Shown piece by piece: positions 17,345 through 32,799 of a stretch of 64,000 bases of DNA (position 1 is the stretch's first letter; each line of letters opens with the position of its first letter). Location: the NCBI GenBank assembly GCA_009103225.1, contig RHPI01000277.1, forward strand, positions 141,633 through 205,632, written 5' to 3'. Origin of the DNA: Chlorokybus atmophyticus. Lineage: Eukaryota > Plantae > Mesostigma and Chlorokybus algae. The notes beneath the pieces are model-generated. The model searched no databases. It saw only the letters and a program-made list of their open reading frames with translations, and had not been told where the DNA came from. Position numbers and translations under genes: made by a program.

Positions 17345-20300
17345 TCGATATTCGTGCTTGATGTCGTGACGCCGATGCGTACGCTGATTTCATCGCATGA
17401 TTTCCTCTCCCCAACCCATGGTCACGTGGATTGTAATCAATTGGTGACCCCGCGGTTGTCAAACACGCTTTGATTGCGTACAACGGCAACACGGCGCTTA
17501 AGATAGATAAATGATATCATGCACGTGATTGAAGGGTGTACACGCTATGCATGTATGCAGGTACGAACACAAGTACCACATCACAAAGATGTGCTCAAAA
17601 GTGTCATATATTAGTCATGGGACATGGCTAAATGGCATGTGGCTCCTCGTATGGCAGCAACTTTTGCTGCCATAGCCTAGTGGTTAAGGCGCCGGTGTTA
17701 TAAAAACTCACAATTACATCAGCTATAATTGTGCACGTTAAATAGTGGGTTGCTACGCTACGGCAGTAGTGTACTTATCCACTAATCACGTTCATTTCTG
17801 CATTAACATGTATGGGTGGTCACAAATTAGGGGGCTAGATACATAGATATGGGCAACAATCACAGTACTACTTGTTGCTATTATAGCATAGCATCAACTA
17901 GTTCATAGATCACATTCAATTTATTGTGTAATATTAAGCTGGGCCACTATGCGCTAACATGTGTCAACGAATAGTTTTGGCAGGTTAAGGGCGCTGTTGA
18001 AAGCTTTTATGCTACCGATTGTGCTTGTGACGACGCCGTTGTTACGGTATCTTTTGAAAGAGGTGTTGCGTTAGGCATTATATCATCTCACGGTCATCGC
18101 CGATAGAGATTGTTTGGCTGTCATGCATTGGCGGTGTAATGAGCCGAGTAAACATTGCATTCTGCAATACTTGCTCACGCCTGTGTGGTACAACGTTGTT
18201 GCAATGGTTGGCAAGGCATGTTGCATTGACGATAATAACGATACAAGCAGGCGAATTTCTTTGGAGCCGAATCTGGAGACGGTGGCCACTACACAAATTC
18301 TGCGCTCGCTGTAGACTGAAATTAATGTGAAATCGTTTATCAAGCTGGTGCGTGGCTACTGCAATGACAGTTTTAATGATGATCCATTGCATGGTTTTTA
18401 ACATCTACGGCTCTGTGGTGAATTTTGCATTGGCAATTTTTTGCTACCTCGGAGCAGTTGTGATGTGTATCAAAAAGGTGCCGATCTAAAGAAAAAAGAC
18501 ATCATGAAGTGCGAAGAGCTGTACACGCTATGTGTCTACATTGGTACGACTGTAGCACTGTGATACTAGCACATATCCGCTAACTACACTTTAACAGTCC
18601 ACAACCACAATTATGGTTTCAGCAGCTCAGCTACAATCTTACATGTACCATACATACAATGCAGTTTCGCCCGTAGCGTATATATATATATAAACATATA
18701 TATATATATATATATATATATCATGCTGATACCGACCCATATGCATGTTTGCATTAAACAGACCCTGAACGATGGTTTTGGTAGTTGAAAAAGGTTCTCT
18801 TAAAGTCGTTGGTTTTGACAGCGGCGTTTTTACCCACCGCCGTTCCTGCGTAACCTCCTCCCAGATGAAAGTGGTCATGGGCTTGGACATTTGGCTTTTC
18901 GGCTGATGACTAGTCCAGCATCCAAACGAAATTTGTCTAATTAACACTGAAACGAGATTGTAACTATAGTGTAGAGTTGCAATCAAGTGACACATCAAAG
19001 GGTTCTTCGGGGTATGCAAGGGCACCTATCCTCGTACCAATGAAAACTCGTGTTTTAATCCATACATTAACGCGCAACTGGCGCGTTGCGGCGCAATGTG
19101 CGCGCCAATTTACCCATCGTCTCACGTTCGTCGTTGCTCGTGGCAATTAGAGATGCTTTGGGCTTTTTACGTCGTCCTTGGTAATGACGTCGCCGCAGCA
19201 CATCTTATTGCGCAACCAAATTTATCAACTGCGGTGCAACGGTTGCGTCATTTTTTGTTTATAAGGATTGAATGGATCGACTTCAACGCATGGCATAAAA
19301 CTTGCATAAATATCATAAACATGGTCACTTTTCGTTGTTGGTGTCATGCACTCGTCCCTGATGTGCAATTGCAATAAGCAATAGCCTTCAAACTTTGCAC
19401 TACCACCGTCAATTCTTGCAACATCAACGACGGGCGCAGACGACGTCGATTGTTAATTTGATACATAATTGAACAATTCAGCATTGGACTACTGCGAACA
19501 TCACTACGCATACGTAAGCCCGGAGAAATCTGTGCCGATATTTCGTACAATTGATGCATGATTTACATTATTTGGCATAGTTAATAAAGGCCATGACATC
19601 AAGATGTGATTTCATCGGGATATTACGTAGGCACATTCAACGGGCCTTTGCTAATACTCATCGAGCAGCCAAAGAGAGGCAGGCGGACTGCGTATACCGC
19701 TGCGCAACCCGGCGTTCGCGGGTGCCATATGTGATAGCCCTTGTGCGCGTGTGTCATGTATCATGTTTAAGTGACCTCAAATGCCGGCAGACCGGCCAGC
19801 CTAATAAGAAAGCCGCACCATTGGTTTGGCAATGAACGCCGATAAAGACAATTCAAGAGTCATGCACTGGTGGTAACTAATGAAGCGGCAGATCATTACA
19901 CCGGGTAATCTTTTTAATGTTAAGTTAAACAGTATCAATTTTACATTGCTGACATTAACAACTTACAGGTTTTGTTACCAACCACCAACGCGCGTAGGAT
20001 GGCCTTAGACGCAAGGTGTTGGTGATGTGAGCATGGAGATTTATTTTTGTATTCTTTGTTAATTGTTAGGTCTTCGCTTTGTATGTTTAGCAAGCCAAGG
20101 ACGTGCTTGTCATGCGTGTGAACACTACTCTCATGTGGAAACTTGTTGTAATGTTGTGGCTTTGAACTTTTGTTTCTGTCTATGATCATGCGCAAGATGC
20201 TTGTTAGCTACGCAGCTACACTAATCAACCACGTGGCCACTGTCCTCTGCTAATCCGGGCGGCCGCGGTGGCATAGGCGTCGGGAGAACATGAATCTGGT

Positions 20301-23039
20301 CAGTTTAGGCCTCGTTGCAGTGTGTCACTGGCACTAGAAGGAGAAAGACAGCCAGCTCGTTGGCGAGCATGGTTTGCAGAGGAGTGTTGGTGAAACCACA
20401 CGCTTGCATCTGAACTCAAAATTACAGAAAGGTTGGCAGTTTCGGTGAGTTGAGGCTGTTTGCGCACTGTCTGCATGGGAAAACCAGAGTGTAATGAGGT
20501 TGTGTGTACACAAGGCTGACAGGGTGCCTTGAGACCTTGTTGAGCAGGAGTAAAGACGCTGAGGTGTGCCTGCCCACCAAGTGCATCAGTTTTGCTGTGT
20601 GGTGAACCTGCTGACAACAATTCACTTGCAATCGCACATGTGCGCGCATGCACACGCGTGAATGCATGCAAGCCCGCATGTACGCGAACCAACCTGCGTA
20701 GGCGTGCTCTTGCGCACATGCCAACTCCATAAGGTTTGCATACTCGCACACTCGTGCTTGCAATCGCGCGTTCAGGTTTCTTAAACACACTGTCCCATGC
20801 TCGTGCGCGCGCAGTTGCTTGCACGTCTTCTCTCACGTCGGCACGGTCACACTGACACGGTCCCTGTCCCCACAGGCGCAGCGCAGCGTCAAGCGTGGGT
20901 GCGAGTATCAGCAAGCAGTCGCCGTCGCCGTCTCCTCCTCAGCAGCAGTGTGGAGCTGCCGCTGGACGCGTTGCGGGATGCCTCCGCTGCACCGCTTAAC
21001 TGCTAATCGACCTCGCGCAGCCGCTCGTAAGTGAGACGGTTGTTCAAGTTTTGCCGTTTCGTCGTGCCTCCTGCATAAGTGCTTGTGGATGTGGCATGTG
21101 CGCTCGTTGGTAGGTGTGTATACGCATATCTGCACGCACACAACTACAGTACACACGTGTGAAGATGTGTATGCTCACACGCACATGTGCATATGCAGGC
21201 GCATGCATATGCGCATGCGTGGGTACGCGCGTGCGCGTCTGCTTTCGGTGGGTCTGAGAACCCATACGAACGTTTGCTGCGTGTAGTGTCGAGACAACAA
21301 CACAACAATACCACATACCCCAATCAGTCTGCAATTTCCCACTCGCGCAGGACACCTCAGCCTCGCCATGCATGGCGTCGCCCAGCAGCAGAGCGTTATC
21401 GTCTTCCTCTCGTTGCGCCCGACAACACGCGCGTGAGTGTGGAGTCAGTCTTTGACACGCATGCCAATGTCGTTTGCGTGCACTTGCGGCCGCGAGTGTG
21501 CACGCACATAGCTGCACATGCATGTGCAGCTATGTGCGTGCACACTCGCGCGTGAGTGGTGTGCATGTGTCGCGATGTCATTGCTGATTGCACATGATAT
21601 ACACACTGCGCGCATATGATCATCACGATACCATGCAAGAGGAGGCGAGCATCACCAGCTCTCTAAACACGACTGCCATTGCTACAACAAACAGTGGCAT
21701 CAATCGCCCGGCAGTTCCCGCTGGACTCTCATTCACAAAACATCGCGCTGAGCTTACGGTGGCAACGGGCCAGTCACAGGCACCAACTGGAGGATGTACG
21801 TGAAGATATGATGTCGTTGTTGTTGCTCATACGGTGCATTTCTGCTACAATTCCGTGTGCATGGCTTGAGCGGATATATAGCAGAACAACCTACACACGC
21901 GTGTGCATGTAGCATGTATAGACACATGTGTGCAGGCACAGTAGAGCAGTGATTTTGCACGTGTGTCCACGACACTGAGCACAGTACCTTATGTTGTGCA
22001 CCCTGATGGCTGCAGGATGCAGCTAGGGGCATGAAGACGATAACGCAGCTGCCAAAGCGGCCTGAGCCCGTGCAAGTAGAGACGGTGAGTGTGTGATATC
22101 ACAGTCAGATTGACACTGAATCAACGACTGTCATGTGGATTTTACGACTGCTCCTTCTTTTTTAAAGTCAGTTGTTGAGTTCGTCAGTGATTGTGTGTAA
22201 CACAAGTGTACGCTCGTACGCTATGCTTGACACGTTTTGTGTAACTATAACTACGTAGGCATGGAGTCGCCCCTCACAAAGGCTGCAAAAGGCTTTCAAG
22301 AGCTCTCTCCCTTTCGGTGGTGCTGGCAAATCAATGCGGTGACGCAGGCATCTGTTGCTGGTGCCATCTTATGACAGCTTTGATGTAGCAATGAGAATAT
22401 ACAAGTGCAAGCGCCATCATGCGATGGTGTGCGCCTTGTATATAGTGCTGCTTACGTGATAGAGAGATATACTTCCAGTATGAGCGAATGAGATGGCATG
22501 TCTTGATGCATGTGCTTTGAGCTTAGCCAGGGAGACACAGTCGTCATGATTGAACCATGAACAAACGGCAGCACAATCGACTACAATAGGCCTGCGTACA
22601 AAGCACAGGCATCTTCAGTCACCGTGCAACAGGTTTTTTAATTTTAATTCACTATAGCGTGCAGTGTACAGCATTCCAAAGTACCTACGCACCATGGTGC
22701 CTCACACGTTCTGTTGCGCATTGTTTGTACACGTGTATGGCATTCCCACACCATGCATGACCCCCTTCCCTTTCCCAATTCGACGCAATTTTACATATCT
22801 ACATGCCACAAGTTGGGGCTGTTGGGCGCCAAACAAGACAGCCTATTCTTCCCGCCAACAGAGCTGTAAGCCCAAACGCTCAACAAGATGATGCAGGTTG
22901 TGGGTGTTTTGGTTGCCGTCGTTGTTCATTGGAGGATGTATCGGCAGCAAGTAGGTGAAGAATCAAAGGGCCACCAGACAGCTCCCGCAGTTCTGCTGTA
23001 TCTCACCCTGATGAAGAGGTGTATAGCCAACAACCAGCA

Positions 23040-25251
<2,212 letters not shown>

Positions 25252-25418
25252 ACCAGGGACGTAGTCGTTCTAGTGTATGCATGCATGCCATAGCTTACCA
25301 GTGAGACGCCTGCTGGGGCGCCGCCGGGTACTGCGCAGCAGCGTCAAGCTAGCCAGAGCCGGCCAGGCCGACCGCACCAGCATGCAAACTCTTGGTGACT
25401 GATGGATGGCTGCTGCAG

Positions 25419-28175
25419 GTTCTGGTAACAAAGCGTTGCGGGGAGCGTGACTCCCTACCTACCGTGCCCGGCACTTGGGCCAACCTTTATTCTTTATTTC
25501 TTACACACAAGACAAGATATGTCTTAAGAAATAGAGAGAGTCAAGCAGAGTGTACAGCTGTGTATATAGGCTATGTATACAGGCTGATAGAGTATGTGAG
25601 GGCAGCTAGCAAGCTAGCTGTAGTCTAGGGCGGGTCCGGATGTGGAAGGGGTTCATTGAGAGGTAGAGGGAGCTGCAGCACGAGGGGGAGGAGGGAGAGA
25701 GTGCCAGGCAATTGAGGGAGAGGGGAGGAACCATGTGGGAGAACATATGAACGAGTTGTAGCCCCAGCTAGCCTTGAACTTAAGATATAGGTTCAAGCCT
25801 TTGTCTTCAGTGTTTACAGAGAAAAGTACCCGCAGCCAGTCTCCCTTGGCTATGGTGAGAATAGAATGTGAAAGAGAGTGAATACATGCTGCTGGGGAGG
25901 GTGTGGTGTGGTCGTAAAGGCAGCGATTACGGCAAAGCCAGATGTGCCAGAGTGCAAGTAGAATCAGGGTGTGATGTAGTCCTCGAGCTTGAGGAGGGGA
26001 GGAAGGAGGGATGAGAAGAAGAGAGCGTAGCGAGAGGGGGAGGGGAGCACCGCCCAGACCAACCCACACCTGCGAGAACCACCTCCATACTGATGAGCTG
26101 AAGGGGCAACTCACAAAGAGGTGGGAGGGGGACTCGACCTCCTGCTGGGAGTACATGACACAAAGCCCTGCGGTCATGTGAAAGCGAAATAGCCTGTCAC
26201 CGGTGTATAATGCTCGGTGAGCAAGCAGCCAGGCAAAGCACTTGGGCCAACCGTGAGCGTGGCCGCCGCTTCACGTTCGACGCAGTGTCCCCGTAAAAAG
26301 CCGGGCAGCATGACAGTTACATTGGCGGGTAAGTGTCTCCACATGCATGGAGAGCCAAGGACAGGACAACAGCGTTTAGTACTGGAGCAGCAGCAGCCAG
26401 CCTCTTGCACACTACAGAGCTGCCAATGTGGTGGACTCGGTGCTGTCATACAGGATGCTCGGCCAACCAGAGATGATCCGGGGGGTCATGCTGCTGGCAC
26501 TCCAGGTATGCTTGTTGCTCTACATGTGTATGTGCGCGCCTACAGCGGGCTGCTGCTGGTTTTTCATGTGAGATCCTTCCTGCTCTTCTTCACAGGTCTT
26601 GGTTTCTTCTGGGAGAGGCGTGCTGAGCATGTCATACATGGAGGTGTACAATGAAGTGCTTCACGACCTGTTGTTACCTCAAACAGCTGGTAGCGCCCTC
26701 TCCCTCCGCGAAGACCCCGTACAGGTGTGAGTGCACACTTGCCTACACACACGCATAAACACATGCACACGGTCGCGCATGCACACACCGCTGGTTGTTG
26801 AGAAACGTAAGCTGCGCAGATGCAGGCATGCATGAACACGCATACACGCACACGCACGCACCGTGCTGACTCGCACGATGCTTTGCAGCGCTTGATGCTG
26901 GCGGGGTTGACACAACACGGCATGGAGTCCGTGCAGGAGGTGATGGCGCTTCTTCATTCAGGTAACAGCCGTCGTACAAAGGAGCCCACCAAGGCGAACC
27001 GCACCTCGTCGCGTTCGCATGCGATTCTGCAGGTAAGCCAAGAAGTTCTTTGGTGGAGAGCTTGCATTGATTGTTGTTGTTTGGGTGTTGTGCATGTGCT
27101 GAACAAGCATTGTGCAGACCTTGGTTGAGACCAGACATGACGAGGGGCGCATGGCTTATTGCAAGCTGTCGCTTATAGATCTGGCTGGCTGAACGTTCGG
27201 CTGCCACGGATCGGGTAAGTGTCTTGGGTCAGTTGCCCTTTCACTACCTGTTCAATTTGACATACATGCGCGCACACACGCACGTACACATGCACGCACA
27301 CGCGCGAAGCATGCGCACGCATGCACACAGAGGCACATGTTACTCTGCACATCGAGTTGGTTGCATCAACAGTAAGAGCAGCTTGACGGTTGAATCGCTC
27401 TGCTCATGGTAGCACACGCTTCAATCAGTGGGAGGAGCAAGCATCAACAATTTTTTTTTTATCACTGAGCGGCTGCAACCACGCCCTTGTCCACGGCAAG
27501 AAGCTTATACCTTTTCGCAACTCCAAGCTCACGCGGGTGCACATACTATGCGCAAAGCAAAACACGCCGCATGTAACAGAAAAGAAACATGCATGCCATT
27601 ATATTGTGTTGGCAGTTGCTGAAGGACTCCCTTGTTCGAGGCTGCAGAACCGCCATGACTGCTTGCGTAACCCCAAGCCATACCGTGTTGGGTGAAACCA
27701 ACAAAATGTGTCACTGGGCTCAATCAGCCAAGCAAATGCGCTCACTGGTACCCACGCAACAGAATTGTTGTGCATGTCATGTACGCAATCTGCACCTGTG
27801 CATAGAGTGTTGTGTTGCGCAGGCGGCGGATGCGCAAGTGGTGGACACGCTGATGCCACAAGCGCCGGCGAGTGCTGCCACGCTGGCGGAGCTTATAGCG
27901 GAGAACAACCGGCTACGCACGCAGCTGTCGGCGATGTTGGTGAATAAAAATAACGCCAGCAACAGCGATGAGGGCACGCCGGGCAAGCGCAAAGGCTCGA
28001 ACCTCTCCACGCAAAGCGCAAAGCGGGTCTCACTAGGAGCTCCGACTGTGGTACGGCCGCAAGTGTTACCTATCTGGGTAAGATGTTGCAGGCACAGATA
28101 TGGCACACACACTCATCGCCATTAGTAGGTACCACTGCAAGAGGCCTCTTGACGGGTTTGCCGAAGCCCAGCAGG
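25419..28175 (+). pseudogene. Kinesin-8 (plant KIN8A/KIF18-like) pseudogene
   Basis: Exons encode RGRRFTFDAV, AANVVDSVLS, MLG...GVMLLALQ, SMSYMEVYNEVLHDLL...LREDP, GNSRRTKEPTKANRTSSRSHAILQ, KLSLIDLAG/ER, GASIN/LSLSGCNHALVHGKKLIPFRNSKLTR, LLKDSL...GETNKMCHWAQSAKQMR, and a coiled coil. The P-loop is absent, there are frameshifts at ~27190 and ~27455, and a LINE sits in a coding exon. Ends approximate. Confidence 0.88.
25486..26237 (-). mobile_element. 5'-truncated L1-clade LINE (zf-RVT C-terminus + 3' UTR) with 15-bp TSD
   Basis: FAWLLAHRALYTGDRL...LCVMY...ESPSHLFVSCPFSSSVW...LWHIWLCRNRCLY (zf-RVT). A-rich 3' end AAGAAATAAAGAATAAA. Direct repeat GCACTTGGGCCAACC at 25471-25485 and 26238-26252. 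Confidence 0.92.
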
Positions 28176-29545
28176 TGAGTCACATGGCTACAGGCAAGCC
28201 TGTGGAAGGACTTTAAAGTCTGTGTTGGGCAATGGCAGCATCAAGTTCAGGCGCTTGGTTCACACTATCATGGCAGTCTGGCAACAGCATCCCGGTGAGT
28301 TGTGGGCGAGAGGTTAATGTGTACTGTTGAATCTGGTTGCTTGACCGCTGAAGTTTTGTGTGCATCATGCAGAAGTGTTTCGCCATTCAATCCATGATTC
28401 CACGCATATGTAATGCGGCATTGGCGGTTCCTGTATAACGCTTGGTCAATTGGCTTGCCTTTTCACCAGCAGCTGGCATCACCCTCTTCAGATCATCATC
28501 CCCGCACGTAAAGGTAATGTAAATAATGCATACTGCAACTATTTAGGCGTCAGCTGGCATAGGTATTTCCGTTCAAGATGCAACCGCGTCAGTCTCCTTA
28601 GGCATCTCAACTGTCTTGATGCAGACCACAAGCCACGAAGGCCGCACACGCCTTCTACGCTTTTCAGCTCACCAGGGTGGTTTTTCCAGCAGTGGCAGGT
28701 GGCCCCGCACGTCCCAACACAAAGCAATCAAAGAGCTCCAAGTTCGCACATCGTGCCCCAGCTGGTGCACAAGATGTACGCCACCTACATATGCTGCACG
28801 TTGATTTCCATCGCGGCCTTTAGCAGAAGAGTACTTGCGAGATTACTATCCCTACTTGTTTAAGTAGGATTTGATTGATCTAGCAAGTCTGCGTTGAGCT
28901 TTGCAGTTGATCGTTTACCCACGTTTGTGCATTTGGTTATGCATATTGGCTCTTTGAAAGTTAGCAGAATGTGGCGGCCAGCGTACAATGTAAGTATGAA
29001 AACAAGTGCGCTCAGATGCTCCCAAGTACACAATGTTGTAAATAGTTGTAATGGTTGTGGCGAAGGGTAGTGCCAAAGAGCCCGGTGGTCGTGTGTACAG
29101 AAACTGCAAGCAATTGAAGTGTAAACACGGTGCTGGTGAGTGTCCATGGCTGATGTTAGTATGTGCTTAGCTAGCATGTGCATGTGGCTTGACTTGCATG
29201 CATGCAGGCTGATAGGGGTAGTGCAGACAGTGCATTGAGTGTTGGCCCGGTGGTGAGTTATGATGAGCGTTGCGTGCATGTCGGTGTGATTGCTAGCACA
29301 CCATGCATGCGGATGTTGTGTGCATACCCCTTTTGTAAACTGCATGTCGCATCTTTTGAACACAAGTCAATTTTAGTACACGACAACCTGATAAATAGCC
29401 TACAACAACGACATATACAACTACCGCACGCATATCCTGTACATAGTCAGGTATTTACAATGTCCAGCAAAGGCAACACGCCACGTCACCACATCAACAC
29501 TCGCCAAGTAACACCATGCGGTGACGGCCGTGCATGCGCGGGGGG

Positions 29546-29819
29546 NNNNNNNNNNNNNNNNNNNNNNNNNNNNNNNNNNNNNNNNNNNNNNNNNNNNNNN
29601 NNNNNNNNNNNNNNNNNNNNNNNNNNNNNNNNNNNNNNNNNNNNNNNNNNNNNNNNNNNNNNNNNNNNNNNNNNNNNNNNNNNNNNNNNNNNNNNNNNNN
29701 NNNNNNNNNNNNNNNNNNNNNNNNNNNNNNNNNNNNNNNNNNNNNNNNNNNNNNNNNNNNNNNNNNNNNNNNNNNNNNNNNNNNNNNNNNNNNNNNNNNN
29801 NNNNNNNNNNNNNNNNNNN
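29546..29819. other. Assembly gap
   Basis: N run. Confidence 1.
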
Positions 29820-30257
29820 CAATGGGGGAGGGGGGGCTATGCATGGTTACTTGGCGTACCACATCTGGGCTATGATGCCTGCGAAGACCTTTGCTGGGCT
29901 TCACATGTGGTACTGACCATTTAGTATGACAACAAATCTGACCAACTACAGTTGGTAGCTGAGCAGACTTGCGTTCAATAGCTACGGAAGAGTGTCTATT
30001 ATGCGGTATGAGCACATACCCTCTCGCATTTTCTGTACAGCAAGGCAGCCTTCCTCTAACTTACGTTGACCAGTATTGCTCCTTCTCAAATCAGACTCAA
30101 ATACCAAAGGAGCACACCTGCACATATATAAACATAGTACATAGGACCACCTATAAAGCACCGTTGCAGTACATACAAGCAACAACTATATACACAGCCA
30201 CTCGGCAAATGTTGCGAAAGGGTGCCACACTGTGCGCCTTCATATGTCTGTTGCTCT

Positions 30258-31175
30258 CTAAGACGAGCGAGCCACCTGTGCAGGGTACGACTCGTGCATG
30301 CCGGCCTTGTGCACAAACTGCGGGGTGTAAGCGCCGAGGAGGTCCTGCCTGGTCATGCTCGGCTCGTTTAGGAACGCGTGGTTGGAGCGCTGCCACCACG
30401 AGGGTGCGCTCGATGCCTGCGCAGACTGCATGGTGGCACTTGCAGTCACCCGCTTCTTGATGGCTATCCTTGGCTTAGCCGTTGGAGACTCGTACTCAAT
30501 CTCCAAGTCCTGCAAAACCCGGCAAGCATGTGTAAACATACCACACGCACACTATGCCAGACAGTAAACCCAAAGCTACACACGCGTGCCGCACCTCTTC
30601 TTCATAATCATGGTGCGCCTTGTCCTCACCAGCAGCCTCGCTGCTGGCGTCTGAAGCTCGAGGCTGGCGGCGATCATCGCTTGTCGCTTTGGACAGCACG
30701 CCCGCCTTGTCCATCCAGTGCTTCTTCACTTCGGTGAAAGATCGGGGCAAGCTGTGCGCTGGGGGGAAGGCAGAGCATACTATCAGTCACCCCATAGGAC
30801 AACTGCAACACAACTCGCTCAACAACGACAGACGTGTCCCAGTGGATACAAATAAATCTGAGCTTGGAAAGGTTGCAGGGTGCGACTTGCGAACGAACAA
30901 ACCAAGCCTAGGAAGGGTGACAACTGCAGTTGGCATTTACCACGACCGACCTCTGCGTGCAAGGCGAACGGGGGGGGGGCAGTTTCGGTGAGTTGAGGCT
31001 GTTTGCNTCTTGCACTGCTGATGTGCAAGAAAGTCTGCAACATACAGTGTAACAGCACCAGCTTACTAAAGACTCCATTTATCCAGAAACAAGCCAGCTC
31101 GCAGCCTGCCTTACCTTCATGCAGACTCTCAGAGGGGATGTAGTCCGAGTCCCATCCTGGCATGAGAGAACCCAT
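30258..31175 (-). CDS. Small plant-type uncharacterised protein (Arabidopsis At1g19020/SDA1-like family), multi-exon
   Basis: Starts MGSLMPGWDS, has SLPRSFTEVKKHW in the middle and ends SWWQRSNHAFLNEPS...YTPQF. This matches the MGSLMAGWDS...WWxxSNWAFLNEP...YVPQF family signature. An N at 31007 and a poly-G run leave the exon-2 frame unresolved. Confidence 0.78.
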
Positions 31176-32799
31176 GACAATTGCAAACGCCTCTTCCGCT
31201 TCACCCTAATAGCAAGCACACCAAGAGTAAGCACTCTTCACCAGACAGCACCGTGATAACAGGCAGGGCCAGGCCAGCACTCTTGAACCTGGCCACGCCA
31301 GGCCAGACCAGGCCAAGCTCCAATTGGCTGCTTCTAAACAGGCAGGCAAACAACCAAAATGCGGGGAAGGAAGAGACACTTTGCACCCACCTTGACGCTA
31401 GTGTGGGCTACTAACGCTTCTGCAGCTGACCACCTCGACAACGACAGTAACCCTTTCGCCGCCGCTGCCGCCAACTATGGTTGCTTGCTTGCTTGCTTGC
31501 CTGACTGCTGATGTTGGACGGGTAACAGGCATGACAATATCATGTGACAACAGTTTCCTGCGTCGTCTACCCTTAAACTGGTGCCATGCACGCGACATGT
31601 CATGAAAGATGGTTGAGCGACGGGAGCATGGTTTGATCGACGCATTTTACTCGCCAGCAGTAACCGCTCAAGGTTTAAGCTCGCCGGTTGTTAACCATGC
31701 TTGAGGTATCAACCCGCGCGGGAGGCCGCTATGATTATGCTGTTGGAATTACAATTGGGAATGCCCTGGTTAGTTGACCGCAAAATGTCGGTGGTGGAAC
31801 TGTGTGTCAGAGTTGTACCGGTTGGCATTCTTAAAAAACCGCGGCATGGTTGACCAAACCGAGATTAGCGTTTTTACAGTGGTTAGGGCAGAGCCAACCA
31901 CACGGTTGTCATCACCCGATCAGCAGCAACATTTCCAATATCAAAGCAGCATGTAAGATATAATTAGCGTTGTGGTTAGTCTGCTAACCGGTGGCCGGCT
32001 TTGAGGCGCACCCGCCAATGCTGACGTGCGCAAAAGCGGCGCGCCCGAGAGGTCGCTTGGTGCAGAATACCTTGCCGCGGATGAGGCTGAAGAGCGACCG
32101 TCGACGCACCGTCTGTCGGCACTGTCGTGCGTACACTGATGAGTGACGAGGGAGTCCCTCTTCACATCAGTTGTTGTCGACCTGGGTCATTCCGTGGATT
32201 TTAGACTTGGACTCCTGTTACTTCCGCTCGGGAAGGAACTTCCCAAAGATAACGAGAGTTTAACGCTTTTATGCTTATATATGTCGGATGCCTTTCGAAG
32301 TGCCTTTCATAACCAAAACAGCACGGAAGGAAGTGCACGGAAATGTGTCCTATAAGCAGTCAACATGCATGTTATACCTTGACGGAAGCACATAATCTGC
32401 TTATCGTTAACATATACATCATCTCGTCTGTAAATACAACTATATCTCACTTGAAAAACTATAACATAATCAATAAACCTTAATAATATTAAGCTCGGAA
32501 CCTTTCATGGATAGTATACCAAGGCTTTTGTGAACGAACACAAAACTCCGTAGGCTGACGGAAGGGTACGACTGGTTGTGAGCGCTTTTCAACATATTAA
32601 AAGCTGCCGTAAGGGAAGTTGACTGCCGTCCGGGGAAGGGCAAAGGTCTACTCGGGAGACTTGCATCTTAATGATAAATAAATAGGGTATTAAAGAAGGG
32701 TCCCGGATACAAGCAAACACAATACAGATCAAGAGTCGGGGAAAGAATGATCTACTACTAATAAGCTGTAAACGTGATGATGGTTTGACTGCTTAAGCT

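Noticed and set aside
17667-17740. tRNA gene
   Set aside because: Only a D-arm/A-box-like half is present; no T-arm (GTTCRA) or acceptor stem.
20875-22320. Named gene for plus-strand exon-like pieces (e.g. DAARGMKTITQLPKRPEPVQVET, ESPLTKAAKGFQELSPF)
   Set aside because: Splice-like borders exist, but no consistent frame or family could be established.
29202-30015. ORFs containing long X runs (also at 15267-15574, 45513-45993, 62151-63051)
   Set aside because: They are open only because they cross N-gaps.
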